Source: Candidatus Sericytochromatia bacterium
GTDB taxonomy: Bacteria > Cyanobacteriota > Sericytochromatia > S15B-MN24 > VGJW01
Assembly (NCBI GenBank): GCA_035285865.1
Contig: JAYKHS010000030.1
Coordinates: forward strand, 96,001-160,000
DNA: 64,000 bases
Direction of reading: 5' to 3'
The notes under the pieces were generated by a model. That model was not told the origin of the DNA and searched no databases. It worked only from the letters and a program-made list of their open reading frames with translations. Every line of letters starts with the position of its first letter. Within the stretch, counting starts at the first letter, position 1. This document shows positions 56,270 to 64,000 of this stretch, piece after piece. A program made the translations under genes and the position numbers.

Positions 56270-57696
56270 GGCCTGTCCCCGGACGGCTGCCTCATGCCAA
56301 GGGCGGCAAGGGCGTCAACCCTGCCCCAGCCAGTCTCGTGGTCGAACCCGCTGGAGCCCATGTCGGCGGAGGATGCAAGAATGCGCAGCCTCACCTGGTC
56401 TGGCGAGAGGTCAGGTTCCTGCGACAGGATCAGCGCCGCGAGGCCCGCCACCAGGGGGGACGCCTGCGAGGTACCGGAAACTCTGCCGTGTCCGGGCCAC
56501 GAGCTCTGCGTCTGTCCGAGGGACAGCACATGGGCGTAGGTCGGAAGCGTGGACAGGATGCCTTCCGATGTCTGGTTCTGGCCACCACCCGGCGCCATCA
56601 CGCCGAGTTCGGGCCCGATGTTGCTGTAGCTTGCCCTGCGGCCTCGTGGGTCCAGTGCGCCGACGGCGAGGACGCCGGCGTAAGCGGCCGGATAGTAGAC
56701 CGGTACCCCGGAGCCGTTCCCGGCGGCGACGACGAAAAGGACGCCTCGAGTCTGTCCATAGGTCATGGCCTCGGCCAGAACCGGAGCCGGTTCCTCTCCG
56801 CCAATTGACATGTTGAGGACCCGGACGCCGAGATCCACGGCCTTGCGGATGCCGAGGGCAATGACATCATCGCTGCCATTGCCCTGACAGTCCATGGCCT
56901 TGATGTCGAGGATCCGGACCGAAGGAGCGACGCCCACGATGTTGTTGCGAAGCCCGGTCTGATTGTTGGCCACGGCCCCGATGATGCCGGCCACATGCGT
57001 GCCATGGCCGTTGCCGTCCGGGCCAGGATGGGCGGCATCCTGATAGGCCGTCGACGAGCCATAGTCCAGACCGAGACAACTGTCTCTCCTGCCCGAATCC
57101 TGCAGCGCATCGACCACCAGCTGACGCCCCGCGCCGTCCCGGGCCATGTTGACGGCGAGGTCGGGGTGGCGGCCGTCGATTCCCGAGTCCAGCACTCCGA
57201 CGAGGATGCCCTGTCCGCGCACGTCCGGATAGGCCTGCCACGCCGCAGGCAGGTTTGCTTGCAGAAGGCCCCATTGATTGCTCGAGCCCGTATTGAGATC
57301 GTTGAATGTCTGCAAGGTGCGGACGGTCGTGTCCGGCTCTGCCGGTGATGCCGAAATCAGGCCCAGGGTCCGTCGATGGTTGCGGCTGATCCAGCGCGTC
57401 ATCCCGCGCGAGGAGAGCTCTGCCTCTGCAGCCTCGGCAGCCTGTTCACCGGGAAAGGCCAGGGTGTCGACGTACGGCAGGGGGCTGTTCACGACCCGGC
57501 CACGGTGGGCAGAAAGCCAGGCTTCCACGCTGCCCGGCGCCAGATCCTTTCGCCAGCCGACGAGCCGGACCTCAGGTTCGATGGCCTCGACGGTCGGGGT
57601 GGGCGGAAGCTGGAGCGGCGGAGCGGAGAAGCAGCCCGGCAAGCAAGCCAATACCAAGGCCCGGAAGGGCCCCCCGATGTGAAGATGCCGGAGCAT
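56266..57696 (-). CDS. S8 subtilisin-family serine peptidase, probable lipoprotein
   Basis: VGVLDSGID, GHGTHVAG, AAGN and SGTSQASPLVAG motifs; LPGC lipobox. Confidence 0.92.
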   Translation of the reverse strand: MLRHLHIGGPFRALVLACLPGCFSAPPLQLPPTPTVEAIEPEVRLVGWRKDLAPGSVEAWLSAHRGRVVNSPLPYVDTLAFPGEQAAEAAEAELSSRGMTRWISRNHRRTLGLISASPAEPDTTVRTLQTFNDLNTGSSNQWGLLQANLPAAWQAYPDVRGQGILVGVLDSGIDGRHPDLAVNMARDGAGRQLVVDALQDSGRRDSCLGLDYGSSTAYQDAAHPGPDGNGHGTHVAGIIGAVANNQTGLRNNIVGVAPSVRILDIKAMDCQGNGSDDVIALGIRKAVDLGVRVLNMSIGGEEPAPVLAEAMTYGQTRGVLFVVAAGNGSGVPVYYPAAYAGVLAVGALDPRGRRASYSNIGPELGVMAPGGGQNQTSEGILSTLPTYAHVLSLGQTQSSWPGHGRVSGTSQASPLVAGLAALILSQEPDLSPDQVRLRILASSADMGSSGFDHETGWGRVDALAALGMRQPSGDRP

Positions 57697-57737
57697 GCCG
57701 AGTGCAGCATACCCCGGCATCCGGAGCTTGAGGCAGC

Positions 57738-59480
57738 TTATTCCCGAAGCGAGAGGAGGTCCTGAATCTCCCGAAGGACCTGTTCCCGAGCGCCCAGCAA
57801 CTGACGCTGCTCTCGCCCGAGGTCTTCGAGATCCCCGCGCAGGCGGTCCTGAGCGGCGAGTGCCTTGCGCGCTCCATCCGTGGCCTGGCGCAGTTCGTCC
57901 TCGGCGGAGCGAAGTTCCTCGCGAGCGCGGCTTGCCGTGGCACTGTCGCGATCGATGGACTGCTCGATCTGGGCCAGCCTGCGCTGCGCCCCGGCGATGC
58001 GTTGCTTGGCCTCGGCAATGCGGCGCTCCTGACCGTCGATCTCTCGGGCCACTTCCTGACGCCTGCCGTTCAGGTCCTCGATCCGGCTTGTCAGGTCCGC
58101 GATGCGGCGCTCCAGTTCGGGACGCCTGGCCAGACGCTGGCGATCCCGCTCCGACAACTGGTCGGGATCCAACTGCGCAAGGCGGTCGAGGCCGGCTTGT
58201 TCCCGAAGGAGATCGAAGCGGGTGTCGCTGAGGTCGTTGCCGCGTTGCACCAGGCTGTCGTCACTGCCTTCGAGGCGCTTGATGGCATCGGCGGCACGCG
58301 CCACACCGTCGCGTGCGCCGGCGATTTCACCTTGAGTGTGCCCGCGCTCCTCACCAAGCCGGCGCAGGTCGGCCTGAAGTTCGGCCAACTGGCGAGCCAG
58401 CTGTGCCTGCTCACCCTTGAGCTCGTCCCGACGCGCCATCGCGCGGTCGAACACCACCTGAGCCTCGCGGATGGCATCCTTGACCCGCTCCGTCTCGGCC
58501 GCGATCGCCTGCTCCTGCCGCCGGATCTTGGCCAGCGTGCGCTGATCGGCGTCCAAGGCCCGCTCCAGCAGGTCGTTGCGTTCGCGGGTCAGGCGATCCA
58601 AGGACCGGCCCAAGTCGTCGATGCGCCCCCGGGCCGCCCGGATGTCGTCGAGGTTGGCCTGGGCTTCCTGTTCCTGAGCCCGGGTCCGCTGCTCGAGTTC
58701 TCCTGCCTTTTGGCGCACACCGAGCAGCTCGGCGCGGGCCTTGGCCACGGCCTCGCCGATGCGGGCCACGATGCCCTGCTGGGAGGTCACATCCCGTTCG
58801 GCCTTGCCGGTGGCGCGTGCATTTCCGTCGCGGGCATCCCGATTGCGGGCAATGTCCGACTCTCCGGTGCGCAAGCCCTTCTCGGCTGCTGCAGCCTCGG
58901 CCGAACGCCACTCGCGCTCGGCGCGCTCGAGGGCGCCCTCGGGAAGCGTTCGCGGGTCCAACCCCTTGAGGTAGTCATAGTATGCCTTGGCCGTCCGCGC
59001 CTTGATGAAGGCTTCCCGGTGCGCTTCGGCCAGCTCGGAGCCCTGCGCGGCGAGGGCGCGCGCCTCGGCCTTCAGGTCCCGGACGCGCTGCTCAAGACCT
59101 TCGAGTTTGCGCAGGTCCTTGTCGAGGTCGGCCTCGAGCCGGGCTTTGGCGTCTTCGAGGCCCGCTCCGCGGCGCTCCAACTCGGCTAGATCGCGACGCT
59201 TGGCCTCGATTTCCTGCTCGAGACGCTCCTGAATCTGTTGCGCCTTGGCCAGCTGTCCGGCCACCGCATCGATGCGGTCGCGCGTGTCCTTGCGCCGACC
59301 GTCGAGGGCCAGAATCTGGTCCTTGACACTGGACCCCCGCGCTACAGGTGAGGACCTGAGTGCGCTCTGGTCCGACTCCAGCCGGGGCTCCGCGGCACGA
59401 AGCGCCTGATCGAGCGACGCCCTTACCTGGGTGACGCGGCCAAGCCGGTGCACCGAGCCGCGGTTGTTGATTTCGGACAT
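57738..59480 (-). CDS. long coiled-coil hypothetical protein
   Basis: 580 aa, nearly continuous heptad-like R/E/A/L/Q-rich sequence; GGAG RBS. Confidence 0.8.
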   Translation of the reverse strand: MSEINNRGSVHRLGRVTQVRASLDQALRAAEPRLESDQSALRSSPVARGSSVKDQILALDGRRKDTRDRIDAVAGQLAKAQQIQERLEQEIEAKRRDLAELERRGAGLEDAKARLEADLDKDLRKLEGLEQRVRDLKAEARALAAQGSELAEAHREAFIKARTAKAYYDYLKGLDPRTLPEGALERAEREWRSAEAAAAEKGLRTGESDIARNRDARDGNARATGKAERDVTSQQGIVARIGEAVAKARAELLGVRQKAGELEQRTRAQEQEAQANLDDIRAARGRIDDLGRSLDRLTRERNDLLERALDADQRTLAKIRRQEQAIAAETERVKDAIREAQVVFDRAMARRDELKGEQAQLARQLAELQADLRRLGEERGHTQGEIAGARDGVARAADAIKRLEGSDDSLVQRGNDLSDTRFDLLREQAGLDRLAQLDPDQLSERDRQRLARRPELERRIADLTSRIEDLNGRRQEVAREIDGQERRIAEAKQRIAGAQRRLAQIEQSIDRDSATASRAREELRSAEDELRQATDGARKALAAQDRLRGDLEDLGREQRQLLGAREQVLREIQDLLSLRE

Positions 59481-59624
59481 GGGGGCAAGCTCCCGAAAAG
59501 CTGAGTCAAACAGTCGTCAACTCCCTTATCCCCTTCTCCTGCCTCCATCTTGCGTCTCCGTGCGTATCCCGGTCACGGCGCCTTGCGTTGGACAAGCTGC
59601 CCCCCCGTGCCCTAACCTTTTCCC

Positions 59625-60689
59625 GTGCCACCAAGTTCCTGCTCCCGCTTGCCGCTGGTCGGCGTCCTTGCTGCCCTCGTCATCGCGACCGCGCCCGGTT
59701 GTGCCGTCCTCGCCGGCGCGGCGATGCCCGTCGTTCGTTGGCGCAGCGCCGACATGTTCGCCTCGGGAGATGCAGAGCGCTCTCGCGTCGACATCCCCGG
59801 CAACCTGTCGCAACTCCGTTTCCTGGCCAACCTCGCTCCCGATCACGCCGAGGTCAATGTGGCCGCTGCTCAGGCACTGGGGGGCTATGCCCTCGGATTT
59901 CTGGATCCCGTCCTGACGCCCGGTTTCGAGCCACCGGCCGAGGAGCTCGCCGAGGCGCGCAAGGCATTCCGGGAGGGGCGTGCCCACGGCATGCGCGGCC
60001 TTGCCGGCCTGCCAGGATTCGCGGCCGGCGTGGATGGTGACCTGGAGGTCTTCAGGTCGGCCATTGCCGGGGCGCATCTGCACGATGTGCCCGCGCTGTT
60101 CTGGACGGCCTACAACTGGGGCCAGTTGGCGCTGCTGTCTTTCGACGACATCGAACTGAGTGCCGAGTTCGAGAAGGCGGAGCTCATGATGCGGCGGGTC
60201 GAGGAGCTGGCTCCGGGCTTCTTTCATGGAGGCGCCCAGGCCTTCTTGATGGTGCGCTATGCCTCGCGACCCACGCTGTTGGGAGGGGACCCCGAGGCGG
60301 CTCGGGCGGCTTGGTTGCGTGCCCGGGAGGCGTCTGGCGGTCGCTTCCTGATGACGGATGTCCTGTACGCCCAGTATGCCTGCGTGCAGATTCAGGATGC
60401 GGGGCAGTTCAGGAAGGTTCTGGAGGACGTGCTCGCCACCCCACCCGAGGTGCTGCCCGAGCAGCGCCTCGCCAATGTCCTCGCTCAGCGGCGGGCCAGA
60501 ATCCTCCTTGGGCGGATCGCGGACTGCTTCGACCTCGAGGCCACGGAGGCTGCGGAGGACGAGAATGAGGCAGGCGAATCCGCTTCCCCGACCCCTGCGC
60601 CGGCCGTGACGCCTGCTCCTCGTGCCTCGGTTGCGCCGTCCGGACGGAACAACGTGACCAGAACCCCTCGTCCGAAGAATCGGAGGTAG
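59625..60689 (+). CDS. TRAP transporter TatT component (TPR-like lipoprotein)
   Basis: Cys after a hydrophobic leader; PALFWTAYNWG, LGGDPEAAR, FRKVLEDVL and RLANVLAQRRA; directly upstream of dctPQM. Confidence 0.82.
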   Translation: MPPSSCSRLPLVGVLAALVIATAPGCAVLAGAAMPVVRWRSADMFASGDAERSRVDIPGNLSQLRFLANLAPDHAEVNVAAAQALGGYALGFLDPVLTPGFEPPAEELAEARKAFREGRAHGMRGLAGLPGFAAGVDGDLEVFRSAIAGAHLHDVPALFWTAYNWGQLALLSFDDIELSAEFEKAELMMRRVEELAPGFFHGGAQAFLMVRYASRPTLLGGDPEAARAAWLRAREASGGRFLMTDVLYAQYACVQIQDAGQFRKVLEDVLATPPEVLPEQRLANVLAQRRARILLGRIADCFDLEATEAAEDENEAGESASPTPAPAVTPAPRASVAPSGRNNVTRTPRPKNRR

Positions 60690-60693
60690 TGCC

Positions 60694-61686
60694 GTGAATC
60701 TCGTTCGCCTGGTCGTTGCTGCGCTTGTCGGTGGCATGGTCTGTCTGCAGGCGCCTGCTGCTCTCGCGGCCAAGACTCTGAAGATCGCCTTCCTGGCTCC
60801 GCCCGGTTCCAAGTGGGATCAGACCTTCAAGCGCATCAGCGATGAGGTCTCCGAGAAGACCGCTGGGGAAATCAGGGTCCGGTTCATTGGTGGCGGCGTC
60901 ATGGGCGATGAACCGGACGTCGTGCGCAAGATGCGTCGAGGCCAACTTCAGGGCGCAGCATTGACCGGCATGGGCCTCGGTCTGATCGAGCCGCAGGTGC
61001 GCGTTCTCGAGCTCCCGCTGCTTTATGACTCGGACGCCGATGTCGACCGCGTGACGGCCAAGGTCGAGGACCAGCTCGGAGCACGCCTCGGCGAGAAGGA
61101 TCACGTCCTGCTCGGCTGGGCTGAGGTTGGCCCGGTGCACGTTTTCACCAACAAGCCCATTCGGCGTCTTGCGGATTTCAAGGGTACCCGCATGTGGATG
61201 TGGGAGAATGATCGGTTGGCCGAGGCGATCTTCAAGGAGCTGGGCCTGCAGCCGACGCCGCTTGCCATCACCAGTGTCCTGACCTCCTTGCAGACTGGCA
61301 TGGTCGACGGTGTATACAACTCTCCTCAGGGCTTGGTGGCCCTGCAGTGGAACAGTCGCATCCGCTATGCGCTGGATTTTCGCCTGACCCAGTCGGTTGG
61401 CGCCCTTGTTGTCACCCGCAAGGCTTGGGATGGCCTTTCCGCGGACCAGCAAAAGGTGCTGCGCGAGGCTTCGCGTCGGCATTGCGAGTCCTTGGTCCGT
61501 GATGGTCGCGAGGACAATCGGAAGGCGCTGGAGGCCCTCAAGCGCCAGGGCGTGCAGTTGACGTCCCTGTCTGCCGAAGACCGCAAGCGCGTCCGTCAGG
61601 CTGCGGACCGCGTGGCCGACCAGTTGGTGGGTTCGCTCTACCCTGCCGACCTGCTGCGGCAGGTTCGTCAGGCGGCAGGGCGGTAG
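60694..61686 (+). CDS. dctP: TRAP substrate-binding protein DctP (TatP-type)
   Basis: LKIAFLAPPGSKW, GGVMGDEPDVVRKMRRGQL and SLQTGMVD motifs. Confidence 0.9.
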   Translation: MNLVRLVVAALVGGMVCLQAPAALAAKTLKIAFLAPPGSKWDQTFKRISDEVSEKTAGEIRVRFIGGGVMGDEPDVVRKMRRGQLQGAALTGMGLGLIEPQVRVLELPLLYDSDADVDRVTAKVEDQLGARLGEKDHVLLGWAEVGPVHVFTNKPIRRLADFKGTRMWMWENDRLAEAIFKELGLQPTPLAITSVLTSLQTGMVDGVYNSPQGLVALQWNSRIRYALDFRLTQSVGALVVTRKAWDGLSADQQKVLREASRRHCESLVRDGREDNRKALEALKRQGVQLTSLSAEDRKRVRQAADRVADQLVGSLYPADLLRQVRQAAGR

Positions 61687-61688
61687 GC

Positions 61689-62294
61689 GTGACGGGGCCG
61701 CTCGGTGCGGCGCTGCCCTCGGATACCCCGGAGGGTGCTTCCGAGCGCGGGCGTCTGGAGCTGCCGCTTCTGGCTCCGCTGTTCCGCCTTGACCGCCTGC
61801 TGGTCGCCCTCGAGGTCGGGATTCTCGGGCTGCTGCTTGCCGGCATGATCTTCCTTGGTCTGGGTCAGGTCGTCCTGCGCGAGTTCTTTCAGTCCGGCTG
61901 GACGTGGGCAGATGCCCTCCTCCGCCACCTGGTGCTGCTCGCCGGTCTTTTCGGGGCCATGACCGCCACTCATGCCCGACGTCACTTGGCCATGGACGCG
62001 CTGGTGCGTGTCTTGCCCGAAGCGGCGCGTCGCTGGTCCGAGGTCATGGTTGAGGCGGTATCGGGTGCCACGTGCATCTGGTTGATGGTCATCGTCGTGC
62101 CGTACCTGCGCGATGAACTGGCCCATGGCGGGGAAGAAGTCGCCTTCGGCATCACCCAGGCCCAGTTCCAGCTCGCCTTCCCCGTCGCGCTTGCGGTCAT
62201 GGCGTTCCGCTTCTGCCTGTTGGCGCTCAACGACGGGTTGCTGCTCTGCTTCCCGCGAGCCGAGGCTGCCCTGTTGCGGGAGAGGGGCAACTGA
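61689..62294 (+). CDS. dctQ: TRAP small permease DctQ
   Basis: 4 transmembrane segments; QVVLR..WADALLRHLVL...RHLAMD. Confidence 0.85.
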   Translation: MTGPLGAALPSDTPEGASERGRLELPLLAPLFRLDRLLVALEVGILGLLLAGMIFLGLGQVVLREFFQSGWTWADALLRHLVLLAGLFGAMTATHARRHLAMDALVRVLPEAARRWSEVMVEAVSGATCIWLMVIVVPYLRDELAHGGEEVAFGITQAQFQLAFPVALAVMAFRFCLLALNDGLLLCFPRAEAALLRERGN

Positions 62295-62295
62295 C

Positions 62296-63570
62296 ATGGG
62301 GTGGCTTGCGGGACTCGGTCTGACCCTGGCAACGCTGCTCGGTGCGCCGCTGTTCGTCATCCTGTCCCTGCTCACCGTCATCGGTTTCCTCGCCGATGGC
62401 CAGGATGCAGCCATCCTCTTCACAGAGTTCGTGAAGATCGCCGAACAGCCGATGTTCATCGCCATCCCGCTCTTCACTTTCGCGGGCTATCTGATGGCCG
62501 AGTCGAAGACCAGTGTCCGCCTGATCGATCTGACCAAGGCCCTGGTCGGATGGTTACCCGGCGGCGTCGCCATCGTCGCCCTGCTTTCGTGTGCGTTCTT
62601 CACTGTTTTCACCGGCGTGTCGGGGGTGACCGTCATCGCTCTCGGCGGTCTGCTGCTGCCGGCCCTCCTTCGTGAGGGTTATCCCGAGCGCTTCGCGTTG
62701 GGGCTCCTGACGACGGGAGGAAGCCGGGGTCTGCTCTTTCCGCCCTCGCTGCCCATCATCATCTACGGCGTCATTGCTCAGGTAGATATTGGCAAGCTTT
62801 TCATTGCCGGCGTCGTGCCCGGTGTGCTGGATCTGGCGGCGGCACTGATCTTGTGTCTGATGCTCGGGGGGCGTGGCCCGTCAGAGCGCGTGCCGTTCCG
62901 TCTGGACGAGGCGTGGCGCGCGCTCAAGGCGGCGGCATGGGAAATCCCGGTGCCTTTCATCATCTTCGGCGGTATCTACGGCGGTTTCCTGACGGCTGCG
63001 GAGGCCGCCGTCACCATGGCGCTCTACGTCTTCATCGTCGAGGTGTTCATCTACAAGGATCTGCATTGGCGCCGCGATGTGCCCCGCGTGATTCGCGAGT
63101 CGATGGTCCTTGTCGGCGGCATCCTGATCATCATCGGTGCGGCCCTCGGGCTCACCAACCTGCTCGTCGATCGTGAAGTGCCCGACCAGCTCTTCCAGGC
63201 CATCCAGCCCTTCATCACCAACAAGATCACGTTCCTGCTCGTCCTTAACGTGTTCCTGCTGGTCGTGGCCGCACTGCTGGACGTCTTCTCGGCCATCCTT
63301 GTCGTTTTGCCCCTGATTTTGCCTCTGGCGGCCAACTATGGGGTAGACCCCGTCCATCTGGGCATCGTCTTTCTCATGAACCTCGAGATCGGCTACAGCC
63401 TGCCTCCCATGGGCCTCAATCTCTTCGTGGCGTCTTTCCGCTTCAACCAGCCGATCATGGCGCTCTACAGGGCGACCCTGCCGTTCCTGGTGGCAACATT
63501 GGTGGTGCTTGCCCTGGTCACATACGTTCCTTCAATCTCCCTTTGGCTGCTCGGGGTGGTGCAACCGTGA
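62296..63570 (+). CDS. dctM: TRAP large permease DctM
   Basis: AIPLFTFAGYL, FPPSLPIIIYG, GVDPVHLG and NLEIGY..PPMGLNLFV motifs. Confidence 0.93.
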   Translation: MGWLAGLGLTLATLLGAPLFVILSLLTVIGFLADGQDAAILFTEFVKIAEQPMFIAIPLFTFAGYLMAESKTSVRLIDLTKALVGWLPGGVAIVALLSCAFFTVFTGVSGVTVIALGGLLLPALLREGYPERFALGLLTTGGSRGLLFPPSLPIIIYGVIAQVDIGKLFIAGVVPGVLDLAAALILCLMLGGRGPSERVPFRLDEAWRALKAAAWEIPVPFIIFGGIYGGFLTAAEAAVTMALYVFIVEVFIYKDLHWRRDVPRVIRESMVLVGGILIIIGAALGLTNLLVDREVPDQLFQAIQPFITNKITFLLVLNVFLLVVAALLDVFSAILVVLPLILPLAANYGVDPVHLGIVFLMNLEIGYSLPPMGLNLFVASFRFNQPIMALYRATLPFLVATLVVLALVTYVPSISLWLLGVVQP

Positions 63571-64000
63571 GCGCGCGTCCAGCGCCCTCGCCGCTGCTCT
63601 TCCTGTTCATCACGCTGCTGCTGGACATCATGGGCATCGGACTTATCGTGCCCATCACCCCGGGCCTCGTGGCGGAGCTTGCTCCATCGGCCGACCCGTC
63701 GCGACATGCAGCGCTCGTGGGTTACCTCTTCGCCTCATTCACCTTCATGCAGTTCCTGGCTGCGCCGTTTCTCGGTGCGCTGTCCGATGCCGTCGGGCGA
63801 AAGCCGGTCCTGCTGGTGGCCCTCGTGGGGACTTCGGCGAGTTATGTCGGCATGGCGCTCGCCAACAGCCTCGAGCTGCTCTTCGCCGCACGCGTGGCCG
63901 CAGGCCTTGCCGGGGCCAGCCTGTCGGTTGTCAGCACCTGCATCGCCGACCTGAGTTCACCGGAGGACCGGGCCAAGAACTTCGGTATCCTGGGCGCCGC
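63567..64000 (+). CDS. TetA/DHA1-family MFS transporter (3' end beyond window; absent from ORF track)
   Basis: GTGA overlap with dctM; LFITLLLDIMGIGLIVP...MQFLAAPFLGALSDAVGRKPVLL...ARVAAG...IADLS.PEDRAKNFG. Confidence 0.88.
   Translation, partial: MSARPAPSPLLFLFITLLLDIMGIGLIVPITPGLVAELAPSADPSRHAALVGYLFASFTFMQFLAAPFLGALSDAVGRKPVLLVALVGTSASYVGMALANSLELLFAARVAAGLAGASLSVVSTCIADLSSPEDRAKNFGILGA

Overview
High-GC (roughly 67-69%, estimated by eye) bacterial chromosomal window of mostly housekeeping and metabolic genes. I see no mobile element, prophage or CRISPR array. Several genes look cyanobacterial in style (RNase E N-terminus, L28, dapA-rnj pair, a CcmP-like microcompartment shell protein), but there are no photosynthesis genes, which suggests a non-photosynthetic Cyanobacteriota relative such as Sericytochromatia (inference). 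Contents: PLP aminotransferase (partial), puuD-like membrane protein, folE2, pgi/pfkA, degenerate moeA, rluD-rne, ruvCA/ruvB, ilvE, tRNA-Leu(UAA), an orphan BMC-T, peptidases, 5'-nucleotidase, dapA-rnj, an Att-type ABC/lipocalin operon, rpmB/rpmG/rpsR, a 9-gene kynurenine/2-aminomuconate catabolic cluster coupled behind a SNF2-SWIM pair, a GH13 amylase, an S8 protease, a TatT-type TRAP transporter and a TetA-like MFS gene (partial). The two most notable signals are missed by the ORF track. (1) Two tandem ~75-nt structured RNA candidates at 37884-38194, each with its own identically placed sigma70-type promoter. (2) A UxxC selenoprotein (peroxiredoxin-like) at 52531-53136 with an in-frame TGA and a SECIS-like hairpin.
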